DNA of 64,000 nt, taken from contig JAFDZQ010000072.1 in NCBI GenBank assembly GCA_018266895.1, positions 3,813 through 67,812 on the forward strand, given 5' to 3'. The position numbers and the translations under genes were made by a program. The notes below the pieces were generated by a model that made no database searches, was not told where the DNA came from, and was given only the letters and a program-made list of their open reading frames with translations. This stretch comes from Bacteroidota bacterium (GTDB lineage: Bacteria > Bacteroidota > Ignavibacteria > Tepidaquicellales > Tepidaquicellaceae). Shown here one piece after another: positions 36,340 through 46,838 of the stretch. How positions within the stretch are numbered: the stretch's first letter is position 1; every line of letters begins with the position of its first letter.

Positions 36340-37716
36340 TTGTCAAAGACAAATGAAAAATTTTTTCTAATTCTGTCAGATCTTTTATTCATTAATCTGG
36401 CATGGACTTTTTATTACTTTTTCAGGATAGAATCGGGCTGGGTAAAATATGCAAATCCTCCTTCATTCCTGCTGCCGTTAATAGTGGTATATGTTTACTG
36501 GATAATAATTTTTTCGTTTGCGGGATTGTATGAACACTGGTTCGTAAGATCAAGATTTGATGAATTCGCATCCGTATTCAAAGCTGTGTCATTCGGCTGT
36601 TTTATACTGTTCTTTCTGATTTTTATAGACGACTTCATGAATAATGCTCCGATAATCTCCAGGTTTCTTATATTAATATACTGGTTAGTGATGGTAGTTT
36701 CAGTAAGCACAGGAAGAATAATCATAAGAAGCATACAGAGAAATCTTCTTCAAAAGGGAATTGGGCAAAGGAACACTTATATTGTTGGAAACGGAGATAA
36801 AGCGAGAGAACTCAGAAACATGATTGGCCTGTTTCCTCAGCTCGGATACAGGATACTCGGACTGATTTCACCTGACAGAGGCAATGATACGGACACAGCC
36901 GGAAGTCTTGAAAATATTCAGAAGCTTATCAAAGAAAATGAAGTGTCAGAGATTCTTATAGCTCTTGAACCAAATGAAAAAGAAAAGCTCATTGATATTT
37001 TAAGATATTGTACCGAAGAAAAAGTAAATATGAAAATACTTCCTGATATGTATGAGATCGTAAGCGGAATGGCAAAGACAAATCAGATTTACGGAGTGCC
37101 GCTTATTGAGGTCATGCCGGATATTATGAGTGTATCCGGAAAACTCACGAAGAGAATACTTGATGTGTCAATTTCATTTTTTACATTATTGTTCTTGTCG
37201 CCGGTACTTATTTTAGTTTCGGTTTTAATCAAGCTTGATTCCGCAGGTCCCGTCTTTTACAGGCAGATAAGAGTCGGCAGAAAAGGTAAAGAGTTTCAGA
37301 TGTACAAATTCAGATCGATGATAGCATCAGCCGAGGAATACGGACCCGAATGGTCAGGGGAGAATGATCCGAGAATAACAAGGACCGGAAAGATATTAAG
37401 AAGAACGTATCTTGACGAAGTTCCGCAGATGATAAATGTTCTGAAAAACGAAATGAGTCTTATAGGTCCAAGACCGGAGAGACCGTATTTTGTCGAACAG
37501 CTGAAGAAGGAAATTCCTTATTATTATAAAAGACTCACAGTAAAGCCGGGTATAACGGGCTGGGCTCAGATTAAGCATAAATATGATTCATCGCTCGAAG
37601 ACGTAAAAACCAAAATCCAGTATGATTTTTATTATATTGAGAATATGAGTTTAAAACTAGATTTTAAGATTATGATAAACACCATAATTGTAATTTTTCT
37701 GATGAAAGGTCATTAG
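36340..37716 (+). CDS. polyprenyl-phosphate phosphoglycosyl transferase (WbaP/EpsB-type initiating sugar transferase)
   Basis: N-terminal TMs and a Rossmann-like linker. The catalytic domain has GPVFYRQ, KFRSM, DPRITRTG, LDEVPQ, GPRPERP and KPGITGWAQI. Confidence 0.9.
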   Translation: MSKTNEKFFLILSDLLFINLAWTFYYFFRIESGWVKYANPPSFLLPLIVVYVYWIIIFSFAGLYEHWFVRSRFDEFASVFKAVSFGCFILFFLIFIDDFMNNAPIISRFLILIYWLVMVVSVSTGRIIIRSIQRNLLQKGIGQRNTYIVGNGDKARELRNMIGLFPQLGYRILGLISPDRGNDTDTAGSLENIQKLIKENEVSEILIALEPNEKEKLIDILRYCTEEKVNMKILPDMYEIVSGMAKTNQIYGVPLIEVMPDIMSVSGKLTKRILDVSISFFTLLFLSPVLILVSVLIKLDSAGPVFYRQIRVGRKGKEFQMYKFRSMIASAEEYGPEWSGENDPRITRTGKILRRTYLDEVPQMINVLKNEMSLIGPRPERPYFVEQLKKEIPYYYKRLTVKPGITGWAQIKHKYDSSLEDVKTKIQYDFYYIENMSLKLDFKIMINTIIVIFLMKGH

Positions 37717-37718
37717 CA

Positions 37719-38441
37719 TTGAACAGAATTCTTGTGATCATTCCTACATACAATGAAGCTGATAATATTCAGAAGATCATTCCGGAAGTGTTAAAAAATT
37801 CCACTCCGGAAAATGAATTCAGTGTTCTCGTTGTGGATGACAACTCACCTGACGGCACGGCTGAACTTGCAGAGAGCCTTAACATCAGCAATGTCAGTAT
37901 TTTAAAGAGAGAAAAGAAATCAGGACTTGGAACCGCTTACCTTGCCGGATTTAAATATGCAATTAAGAATAATTTTGATTTTGTATTTGAAATGGACGCG
38001 GATTTTTCCCATGATCCGAAATATCTAAAAGTCTTTATAGAAAAAATTCTTGAAGGATATGATCTTGTTATTGGTTCAAGATACATAAACGGAATATCAG
38101 TTCTTAACTGGCCTTTGAGAAGACTGATTATGAGCTACCTTGCGAGTGTTTATACCAGATTGGTAACCGGACTAAAAGTAATGGATACGACTGCAGGGTT
38201 TATGTGCTACAGGGTTGCATCTTTGAAGCAGATCAATCTGGATGAAGTGAGATCCAACGGATATTCGTTTCAGATTGAAATGAAATTCAAGTTCTACAAA
38301 AGAGGTTACAAGATCTATGAAGTGCCGATATTGTTCATTGACAGAAGGGAAGGCGAATCCAAGATGTCCAGGAAAGTAGTTTATGAAGCATATTTTATGG
38401 TCTGGAAATTAAAACTGAAATCCATCTTCGGGAAAATATAA
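37719..38441 (+). CDS. polyprenol-monophosphate hexose synthase (Dpm1/GtrB-like GT2)
   Basis: VIIPTYNEADNI, VVDDNSPDGT and EMDADFSHDP motifs. TTG start. Confidence 0.85.
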   Translation: MNRILVIIPTYNEADNIQKIIPEVLKNSTPENEFSVLVVDDNSPDGTAELAESLNISNVSILKREKKSGLGTAYLAGFKYAIKNNFDFVFEMDADFSHDPKYLKVFIEKILEGYDLVIGSRYINGISVLNWPLRRLIMSYLASVYTRLVTGLKVMDTTAGFMCYRVASLKQINLDEVRSNGYSFQIEMKFKFYKRGYKIYEVPILFIDRREGESKMSRKVVYEAYFMVWKLKLKSIFGKI

Positions 38442-38449
38442 ATGCATAA

Positions 38450-40390
38450 ATGGCTGATATATCCGTTGTAATAGTTAATTATAATGTAAAGGATCTTGCG
38501 GAAAACTGTATATCATCTGTTTATAAAGCCAATGACGAAAAGTATGACATTGAAATATTTTTCGTTGACAACAACTCCATCGACGGCAGTTCGGAATACA
38601 TCTCGGAAAAATTTCCCCGAGTAAATGTTATCAGCAACGAAAGAAATTTAGGATTTTCGAAAGCAAACAATCTTGCATTAAGGAAAGTAAGCGGCAAATA
38701 CGTGCTTATTCTGAATCCGGACACTTTGCTTGAAGAAGGTACATTTGAAAAGCTGATTAACTTTACCGAAAATAATCAGAATACGGGAGCAGTTACATCA
38801 AGGCTGATACTTGCAAACGGAAAGCTCGATTCAGCCTGCAGACGGAGTTTCCCGACGCCTTCAGTTGCAATTCCCAGGATTTTCGGATTATCAAAATTAT
38901 TCCCCGGCAACAGAATATTCGGAAAATATAATCTTACTTACCTAGACGAAAACAAGACCTATGAAGTGGATGCAATCTGCGGAGCTTTTATGTTCATACC
39001 GAAGAAAGTTCTTGATGAGACCGGATTTTTTGACGAAGATTATTTTATGTACGGAGAGGACCTTGACCTTTGCTTCAGAATAAAGAAAAAAGGTTACAGG
39101 ATATTTTACTATCCTGAAATAACGACAATTCATTTTAAGGGAGAAAGCACAAAGAAGACAAATCTTTCTTATGTGAATAATTTTTACGGAGCAATGAAAA
39201 TTTTTGTCAGAAAAAATTTTTCCGGAGCTTCGAGACTTCTCTCAATAATGCTTCAGCTGGGAATTTATGCAAGATCATCAGCATCATACATAAAGAGATT
39301 TTTCAGATATTTACTGTATCCGCTTATAGATATCGTTCTTCTTTACTTATCAATGCTATTATCAGTTTATCTGAGGTTTGATATATTCCCGAACAAAGAA
39401 TACATGTTCATTATTTCAGTGTATGTCCTTGTCTGGCTTTCTCTTCTTACAATCCAGGGTTTGTATTCAAAGAAATATTTTCTGTCATTAAGAAAAACTT
39501 TCAACGCCATACTTGTCGGATTTTTTGTAAACTCATCCATAACTTATTTTTTCAAGGAATATGCTTTTTCAAGGGGAGTCATACTTGCTTCAACCGGATT
39601 TGCAATTTTTCTTCTTCTTCTGTGGAGAGGTTTGCTGCGATCGTACATTTTCTTTGTTTCAAAGAATATTCTTCTGAACAAGATAAATCTGCTTATTGTG
39701 GGAAAAGAAAAGATCAGTCAGAATACGGAAGACAAGCTTAATTCGAAATACAACATTCTTCATTTTGACGAATTAACAAACAGGAAATCTATACCAGCTC
39801 TTGAAGAAATTATACAGATCAGAAAAATTGACGAAGTGGTTTTTACGGGAGATTATTTTTCGAATCAGGAAATACTTAATTTAATGTGGGACTTAAGGAA
39901 CAGAAATGTTAAGTTCAAAATTTTTCCTTCGGGCAAGGAGCTGATACTTTCAAAACTGAATTCAAGCAGTCTTGATGAGATTAATCTCATTGAAATTGAA
40001 TATAATATTAATAATAAATTAAATATATTTTTAAAAAGATTGTTTGACGTTGTATTATCATTCATTATGCTTTTATCGGCTTATCCCGTCATGCTGTTCA
40101 TGAAAAACATAATGAAAGTGAATTTTACCGGAAAGATCTCCAAATTATTTCTGCTGCCGGAAGTGTTTAAAGGCAGGTACAGTTTTGTAGGATATCCTAC
40201 CTGGATTAATTCAGAAAATAAAAGTTATACCGGTAAAAAAGGACTGACCGGTCTGATACAGCTTAACAGTTATCACGGAATGACAGATGATGAGATGGAA
40301 AATTTTAACTTATTCTATGCAAAGAACCAGTCTCTTCTCCTTGATACTGAAATACTTCTGAAAACATTCTTTTCTGTTTTTAAAAAATAA
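38450..40390 (+). CDS. fusion protein: N-terminal GT2 glycosyltransferase + TM region + degenerate phosphoglycosyl-transferase-like C-terminus
   Basis: GT2 motifs are VIVNYNV, FVDNNSIDGS, LNPDT and GEDLDLCFR. The C-terminal KRLFDVVLSFIMLLSAYPVML ... TGKI ... LLPEVFKGRYSFVGYP ... KKGLTGLIQL aligns to the preceding PGT. It lacks the KFRSM block and the DE dyad. Confidence 0.8.
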   Translation: MADISVVIVNYNVKDLAENCISSVYKANDEKYDIEIFFVDNNSIDGSSEYISEKFPRVNVISNERNLGFSKANNLALRKVSGKYVLILNPDTLLEEGTFEKLINFTENNQNTGAVTSRLILANGKLDSACRRSFPTPSVAIPRIFGLSKLFPGNRIFGKYNLTYLDENKTYEVDAICGAFMFIPKKVLDETGFFDEDYFMYGEDLDLCFRIKKKGYRIFYYPEITTIHFKGESTKKTNLSYVNNFYGAMKIFVRKNFSGASRLLSIMLQLGIYARSSASYIKRFFRYLLYPLIDIVLLYLSMLLSVYLRFDIFPNKEYMFIISVYVLVWLSLLTIQGLYSKKYFLSLRKTFNAILVGFFVNSSITYFFKEYAFSRGVILASTGFAIFLLLLWRGLLRSYIFFVSKNILLNKINLLIVGKEKISQNTEDKLNSKYNILHFDELTNRKSIPALEEIIQIRKIDEVVFTGDYFSNQEILNLMWDLRNRNVKFKIFPSGKELILSKLNSSSLDEINLIEIEYNINNKLNIFLKRLFDVVLSFIMLLSAYPVMLFMKNIMKVNFTGKISKLFLLPEVFKGRYSFVGYPTWINSENKSYTGKKGLTGLIQLNSYHGMTDDEMENFNLFYAKNQSLLLDTEILLKTFFSVFKK

Positions 40391-40402
40391 ATTAGTTTAA
40401 GC

Positions 40403-41356
40403 ATGGCATTGCAGAATTATCTCGATTTCGAGAAACCCATTATTGATCTGGAGCAGAAAATATCCGAGATGCGAAGTATGTCAGATAAACTTGACATCTC
40501 ATCCGAAATAAATAAATTAGAGTACAAAGTGAACATTCTGAGAAAAGATATATTTGAAAAGCTTACTCCCTGGCAGATCGTTCAGCTTGCAAGACATCCC
40601 GAAAGACCTTACACGCTTGATTATATTTATCTGATGACCACCAATTTTACTGAGCTTCACGGTGACAGATATTACGGTGATGATAAAGCTATCGTCGGCG
40701 GGTTTGCGAATATAGGAGATAAGCCGGTTATGATAATAGGTCAGCAGAAGGGACGCGATACGAAATCGAACATTTACAGAAATTTCGGAATGCCGAATCC
40801 TGAAGGATACAGGAAAGCAATGCGCTTAATGAAGCTTGCGGAAAAATTCAACAGACCTGTCATTACTTTGATTGACACTCCGGGGGCTTTCCCGGGTATC
40901 GAAGCTGAAGAGCGAGGACAGGCGGAAGCGATTGCCAGAAATTTAATAGGGATGTCAAATCTAAAGGTGCCGATAATTGTTGCAATTATAGGTGAAGGTG
41001 CTTCGGGCGGTGCTCTGGGCATTGGTATCGGAGACAGAATTCTTATGCTTCAGTATTGCTGGTATTCCGTAATATCTCCCGAATCATGTTCTTCTATTCT
41101 TTGGAGAAGCTGGGATTATAAAGAGCAGGCGGCTGATGCGCTGAAACTCACTTCAAAAGACATGCTGAGATTTAAAATAATAGACAGGATCATCGAAGAG
41201 CCTGTCGGCGGCGCTCACAGGAATCACAAGGAAGCTGCCGATATTTTAAAGAAAGCTTTGCTTGAGGAACTTGAAACTGTGAGTAAAATAAAAAAAGACA
41301 GACTGCTTGAAAACAGAATAAAGAAATTCGGTGAAATGGGATTCTGGAAAGACTGA
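40403..41356 (+). CDS. accA: acetyl-CoA carboxylase carboxyltransferase subunit alpha
   Basis: [13 protein letters not shown] and [20 protein letters not shown] motifs. Confidence 0.95.
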   Translation: MALQNYLDFEKPIIDLEQKISEMRSMSDKLDISSEINKLEYKVNILRKDIFEKLTPWQIVQLARHPERPYTLDYIYLMTTNFTELHGDRYYGDDKAIVGGFANIGDKPVMIIGQQKGRDTKSNIYRNFGMPNPEGYRKAMRLMKLAEKFNRPVITLIDTPGAFPGIEAEERGQAEAIARNLIGMSNLKVPIIVAIIGEGASGGALGIGIGDRILMLQYCWYSVISPESCSSILWRSWDYKEQAADALKLTSKDMLRFKIIDRIIEEPVGGAHRNHKEAADILKKALLEELETVSKIKKDRLLENRIKKFGEMGFWKD

Positions 41357-41530
41357 TCCTGATCTTAGATTTTTAATTATCTGTACATTGGGAATCTTCC
41401 TGTTCCCGGATTTAAGGTTTACGGTTTATCTGACGGAGTTTTAATGTTCTGAATATTGGAAAAAAATGATGTCAAAAATTTATGAAAAATGTTTTTAAAA
41501 AACTGATTGTATAACCACTAAATAATACAC

Positions 41531-42841
41531 TTGTCTGAAACCGATTCTAAATTTATAATTAACGGCGGAAACCCGCTTCACGGTAAAGTAAAAGTTAGCG
41601 GCGCAAAAAATTCAGCTACAAAACTGCTTGTAGCTTCACTTCTTACGGATAAGGAATGTGTTTTTCATAACTCCCCCAATAAAATAAGTGATCTTGTTGT
41701 AACCAAGGATATATGCGAATCGATAGGAAGCGACATAAAATTCACTGAGAATACTTTAACTGCAAGGACTCAGAAGATTTTATCGTCCCATATTAAAAAG
41801 GAACTTGGGAACAAGAATCGTATTGCGATCCTGCTTGCCGGACCATTGCTGTTAAGGACGGGAAAAGCAGAAATTCCCATACCCGGCGGATGCAAGATCG
41901 GTACCAGACCCGTTAATTTTCATATTGATTCACTCGAGAAACTGGGATGTCACGTTACAGTAAAAGATGATTTTTATATTTTAGAAGCTGATAATCTCAG
42001 GGGAAATAATATCAGACTTAATTATCCGAGTGTAGGCGCTACTGAAAACATTATTATAGCAAGTACATTGTCCAAAGGAAGAACCATTCTTACAAATGCT
42101 GCAGTCGAACCAGAGATCATTGATCTTATAAAATTCCTGCAGAAAATGGGCGCTATAATTGAGATCAGCACTGACAGAAAAATAACTATAGAAGGCGTCA
42201 GCAATCTTCACGGAGCTGAACACACCGTAATTCCGGACAGAAACCAGGCGGCATCTTTTGCCTGCGCCGGATTAGCTTCGAAAGGGGATATTTTTATAGA
42301 GAATGCAGTGCAGGATGACCTTATCACATTTCTCAATACTGTAAGAAGAGTCGGAGGTAAATATGAAGTAAAAGATAACGGTATAAGATTTTTTTATGAC
42401 GGTGACTTTAATTCAATTGCGATTGAAACAAACGTTCATCCGGGATTTATGACCGACTGGCAGCAGCCTTTTGTAATTCTGATGACACAGGCAAAAGGAA
42501 TTTCCATTATTCACGAAACAGTTTATGAAGAAAGATTCGGTTATGTATCCCAGCTTAAAAAAATGGGATCTGAAATCGAACTTTACGACACCTGTCTGGG
42601 CGGTATGGAATGCAGATTTGCAAACACACATTATTTTCACAGTGCAGTAGTAAAAGGTCCCACACCCCTTCGCGCAGCTGAAATAGATGTTCCCGATCTG
42701 CGCGCAGGATTTTCTTATCTGATCGCCGGAGTAATTGCAAAAGGAGAATCGATGGTTAACGGAGCGATCTATATTGACAGAGGTTACGAAGACATAGACA
42801 AAAAACTTAAAGAGCTTGGAGCTGATATAAAAAGGAGCTGA
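41531..42841 (+). CDS. murA: UDP-N-acetylglucosamine 1-carboxyvinyltransferase
   Basis: VSGAKNSATKLL and the catalytic Cys loop PGGCKIGTRPV. TTG start, with stops upstream. Confidence 0.95.
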   Translation: MSETDSKFIINGGNPLHGKVKVSGAKNSATKLLVASLLTDKECVFHNSPNKISDLVVTKDICESIGSDIKFTENTLTARTQKILSSHIKKELGNKNRIAILLAGPLLLRTGKAEIPIPGGCKIGTRPVNFHIDSLEKLGCHVTVKDDFYILEADNLRGNNIRLNYPSVGATENIIIASTLSKGRTILTNAAVEPEIIDLIKFLQKMGAIIEISTDRKITIEGVSNLHGAEHTVIPDRNQAASFACAGLASKGDIFIENAVQDDLITFLNTVRRVGGKYEVKDNGIRFFYDGDFNSIAIETNVHPGFMTDWQQPFVILMTQAKGISIIHETVYEERFGYVSQLKKMGSEIELYDTCLGGMECRFANTHYFHSAVVKGPTPLRAAEIDVPDLRAGFSYLIAGVIAKGESMVNGAIYIDRGYEDIDKKLKELGADIKRS

Positions 42842-43195
42842 ATGCAGTCAGCAATTATCTGTCATCAGTTATGAAAATTTTTCTTTCCGTAAATTCAAAT
42901 AAAATTATTAAAAGTATTTTATCAGAATTTTTTTCCGGATTTTAATTCAGATATACATCATAACACTTCATATAACAGACACCGGCCTGAGAATTCCCGG
43001 CTTACCGGGTACCTCTTCAGAAGATTATTTAACCGCAAATTGTTTACCGGGTTTTAGAAATGTCAGATAGAAAACGAATCAGGAATAAATTTATAAATTA
43101 ATCTTGAATAAAATTTTGAGTAAATTACATATAAGTTTTTACATTATTTATAAAACAGTAACAAAAATTTCAAAAAGTAAAAAATAAATTATTTT

Positions 43196-44743
43196 ATGAC
43201 ACAGGCTGAAAAAATCAAAAAACTAAATGAGATTAAGCAAGAAGCCTATCTTGGCGGCGGACAGAAGAGAATAGATGCTCAGCATAAAAAAGGAAAATTG
43301 ACGGCAAGAGAGAGAATAGAACTGCTTCTTGATGAAGGGAGTTTCAACGAAACCGATCTGTTTGTAAGGCATCAGTCGTATAATTTTGATCTTGAAGAGC
43401 AAAGATTTTACACTGACGGAGTAATAACGGGAACCGGCTCAATCGATGGAAGAACTGTATGCGTCTTTTCACAGGACTTTACTATATTAGGCGGATCACT
43501 TGCGGAATATCATGCGAAGAAGGTTTGTAAAATTATGGACTTTGCAATGAAAATGGGAGTTCCTGTAATAGGTATTAACGACAGCGGAGGGGCAAGGATC
43601 CAGGAAGGCGTTATTTCTCTCGGCGGTTATGCCGATATTTTTCTCAGAAATACTTTGTTAAGCGGAGTGATTCCCCAGATCTCTGCCATAGTCGGTCCGT
43701 GCGCCGGAGGTGCAGTTTACTCACCTGCAATAACCGATTTTGTTTTTATGGTGGATAAAGTTTCCTATATGTTTGTCACCGGACCTAATGTGGTAAAGAC
43801 TGTAACACATGAAGAAGTGTCTTTTGATGATCTCGGCGGAGCCAGAACTCACGCCGTTAAAAGCGGTGTCAGTCATTTCACTGCTGATAACGAAGCTGAG
43901 TGTTTTCAGAGTATAAGAAAACTTGTTTCATACATTCCGCTTAATAATATGGATTCAGCCCCTTTCACGGAATATAAAGGCGGTGAAAAAGATCTTGAGT
44001 TTCTGAACACTTATCTCCCGGATAATCCGAATAAACCTTATGATGTAAAAGAAGTTATTGAAGCGCTTTTGGATGAAGATACTTTTTTTGAAGTTCATAA
44101 AGAATATGCAGAAAACCTTGTCGTCGGTTTCGGAAGGATTGAAGGCAGATCAATTGGGATAGTCGCAAATCAGCCTCTTGTGCTTGCAGGAGTGCTTGAT
44201 CTTAATTCGTCCATAAAAGGAGCAAGGTTTGTAAGATTCTGCGACGCATTCAATATCCCTTTGCTTACCATTGAAGATGTTCCCGGATTTTTGCCCGGTA
44301 CGGATCAGGAATGGAGAGGCGTAATACGGCACGGCGCAAAGCTTTTATATGCATTCTGCGAAGCAACGGTTCCTAAAGTAACAGTTATATTAAGAAAAGC
44401 ATACGGCGGAGCTTATGATGTTATGAATTCTAAACACGTCAGAGGTGATATAAATCTTGCCTGGCCGTCGGCGGAAATAGCAGTTATGGGAGCGCAGGGA
44501 GCAGCTGAAATTATTTTCAAAAAAGAAATTGACGCTGCTGAAGATAAAGTTCAGGCGCTGAAGGATAAAGTGGATGAGTTTACGGAGAAATTCGCAAATC
44601 CGTATCTTGCAGCCGAAAGGGGATTTATTGATGATATAATTGAACCTAAGGATACTAGGAAAAAGCTGATCTATTATTTTGGCATTGCTGAAAATAAAGT
44701 TGATTCAAATCCAAAAAAGAAACACGGTAATATACCTTTATAG
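43196..44743 (+). CDS. acyl-CoA carboxylase carboxyltransferase (methylmalonyl-CoA carboxyltransferase 12S / PccB type)
   Basis: [11 protein letters not shown] and [12 protein letters not shown] motifs, with a C-terminal [14 protein letters not shown]. Confidence 0.9.
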   Translation: MTQAEKIKKLNEIKQEAYLGGGQKRIDAQHKKGKLTARERIELLLDEGSFNETDLFVRHQSYNFDLEEQRFYTDGVITGTGSIDGRTVCVFSQDFTILGGSLAEYHAKKVCKIMDFAMKMGVPVIGINDSGGARIQEGVISLGGYADIFLRNTLLSGVIPQISAIVGPCAGGAVYSPAITDFVFMVDKVSYMFVTGPNVVKTVTHEEVSFDDLGGARTHAVKSGVSHFTADNEAECFQSIRKLVSYIPLNNMDSAPFTEYKGGEKDLEFLNTYLPDNPNKPYDVKEVIEALLDEDTFFEVHKEYAENLVVGFGRIEGRSIGIVANQPLVLAGVLDLNSSIKGARFVRFCDAFNIPLLTIEDVPGFLPGTDQEWRGVIRHGAKLLYAFCEATVPKVTVILRKAYGGAYDVMNSKHVRGDINLAWPSAEIAVMGAQGAAEIIFKKEIDAAEDKVQALKDKVDEFTEKFANPYLAAERGFIDDIIEPKDTRKKLIYYFGIAENKVDSNPKKKHGNIPL

Positions 44744-44773
44744 TTAGATATTTACTCATTACAGATAGATGTT

Positions 44774-44807
44774 TCCCGGATCGAAGAGATTCAGTCCGGG
44801 ATTTTTA
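44774..44807 (+). terminator. intrinsic terminator
   Basis: Perfect 7-bp stem tcccgga/tccggga (44774-44780 and 44795-44801), followed by TTTTT. Confidence 0.75.
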
Positions 44808-45040
44808 TTTGCTTTAATTCAGATTTTTTACAATTAAGGATCATTTATAAATAACTAAAGAGGATATCAGTCAGGATAACAGATACCGGAAATGGACTTA
44901 TGCAATGTCAGGTTCAATTATTCACGGGTTAAAATCATATGCGCGTAAAGCATAAGATTTATTGAATTTTCTTAAAATCCCTTAAAAGCCGAATTGATTT
45001 TAAAACGCAATTTCGTTAATTTTATAAAATGTAATGATTT

Positions 45041-45346
45041 ATGGACGGGAACAATAATAATTCTGAAAAGAATAAAAGTTCTATAAAGGACGTTCTTACT
45101 AAGCCATTCTTTAAAGTTGATAACAGAATCGCTCAGTATTCCGGTCTGGGAATTACATTAATCGTAACTATTCTTCTGTTTCTCTGGATAGGTATGTGGC
45201 TCGACGGGAAATTCAATACAGGAGTGTTGTTCACTTTGATTTTGACGGCTATAGGATTCTCTGCAGGATTTTACAGTTTCTATCTTAATATAAAAAAGCT
45301 TACTCAGGAAGATAAAAAAGAAAATCCAAAATACAACAGATACTGA
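45041..45346 (+). CDS. AtpZ/AtpI-family small membrane protein (putative F0F1-ATPase accessory subunit)
   Basis: Two TM helices (GLGITLIVTILLFLWIGMWLD...). It is the first gene of the atp operon. Confidence 0.6.
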   Translation: MDGNNNNSEKNKSSIKDVLTKPFFKVDNRIAQYSGLGITLIVTILLFLWIGMWLDGKFNTGVLFTLILTAIGFSAGFYSFYLNIKKLTQEDKKENPKYNRY

Positions 45347-45381
45347 ATTCAGGAGATTTTAAAAAGTTCATTAACAGTTTA

Positions 45382-45738
45382 GTGATTATCAGCATTTCCG
45401 CTCTGATAATTACGTTCATTTTAATATACGCTTTAAGTCTAACACAATATGCTGTTCCGGTATTACTTGGATGGCTGATCAGTTTTGCAAATGCACTTGC
45501 AGGCAGTATTGTGTTATTCAGTGCATTCAGGAAAGGCGGCAAGGGTTTTTTTAATACTGTTCTTCTTAGTCTTGTAGTAAGAATGTTCGCAATGTGCGGT
45601 TTCATTTTTATACTTATATATTTTTTTAAGATTGAAAAATTCAGTCTGGCAGTCTCAATGTTTTTCTTTTATTTTTTATTTCTGATACTTGAAATAAATT
45701 TTCTGAACAAAAACAGGGAAATTAAACAGGCAGGTTGA
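45382..45738 (+). CDS. atpI: ATP synthase protein I-like membrane protein
   Basis: Four hydrophobic helices, positioned directly upstream of atpB. GTG start. Confidence 0.55.
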   Translation: MIISISALIITFILIYALSLTQYAVPVLLGWLISFANALAGSIVLFSAFRKGGKGFFNTVLLSLVVRMFAMCGFIFILIYFFKIEKFSLAVSMFFFYFLFLILEINFLNKNREIKQAG

Positions 45739-45795
45739 ATTTCCGAAAGAAGAAATCAATTTTACTAATTTAAAATTTTTTAATTAATAAAAATT

Positions 45796-46746
45796 TTGTC
45801 TTTAAATTATACTGCTTCGCATTTCAAATCATTTTTAAATAATTCTTTATTAATTGTTTTTTTAATTCTTGCTCTTGCAGGCGGAAGGTCCGTTCAGGCG
45901 CAGGAACATTCAGAAGATAAGAAGAATTCAGAAACAACTCATGTTTCCGCTGACGAAGGGAAGTTTGATATAATTGACCGGGTTGTGGATCATCATTATG
46001 TCGATTTTTATTTTCTGGGAAAACTTCAGCTGCCTCATTTTGAACCCGTAAACATTCTCGGAATAACTTTTGATTTCTCGGTGACAAAAACTTTATTCAT
46101 GATAATCCTGGCTTCAATTCTCCTGATAATAGTACTGATGTATGCCGCTAAGCAGAACAGCAAGAACAGAGTCCCGAAAGGAATAGGGAATATGGTTGAA
46201 TCGATCATAGTTTTCATCCGTGATGAAATTGTCGTACCAAACATGGGAAAGCAAGGACTGAAAATGATGCCTTTCTTCCTGACATTATTCTTTTTCATAA
46301 TGTTTGCAAATCTTCTCGGACTATTCCCGTTTATGGCTCAGCCGACTAAGAATGTAAATGTAACGGCGGCGCTGGCAGTAGTAACATTCATCGTTACACA
46401 GGCAAAGGGAATTCAGGCTCAGGGATTCGGCAATTATGTAAAAGGTCTTGTTCCTCCGGGAGTTCCGGTATTTGTATTGCCGATAATGGTGGTTGTCGAG
46501 TTTATAGGTCTGTTCACAAAACCATTTTCGCTTCTGATGAGGTTATTTGCGAATATTACAGCCGGTTCGATCATTATTTTTTCATTAATAGGTCTGATTT
46601 TCATCATGCAGTATGCAGGTGCTGTCATTGCAGTACCGTTCGCATTGTTTATTTATATGATGGAAATATTTATCGCTCTGCTTCAGGCTTATATTTTCAC
46701 GATGCTGTCAGTTTTATACATTAACATGGCAATGCATCATCATTAA
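45796..46746 (+). CDS. atpB: F0F1 ATP synthase subunit a
   Basis: Conserved Arg helix SLLMRLFANITAG, plus an N-terminal extension. TTG start. Confidence 0.9.
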   Translation: MSLNYTASHFKSFLNNSLLIVFLILALAGGRSVQAQEHSEDKKNSETTHVSADEGKFDIIDRVVDHHYVDFYFLGKLQLPHFEPVNILGITFDFSVTKTLFMIILASILLIIVLMYAAKQNSKNRVPKGIGNMVESIIVFIRDEIVVPNMGKQGLKMMPFFLTLFFFIMFANLLGLFPFMAQPTKNVNVTAALAVVTFIVTQAKGIQAQGFGNYVKGLVPPGVPVFVLPIMVVVEFIGLFTKPFSLLMRLFANITAGSIIIFSLIGLIFIMQYAGAVIAVPFALFIYMMEIFIALLQAYIFTMLSVLYINMAMHHH

Positions 46747-46838
46747 ATTTTTTAAAATAATTACAGCAGCTTTATTTACACAGAATTTTACAACAAACTA
46801 ATTTAAATAATTAAAAAAATAAGAAGGGAATAATAAAA

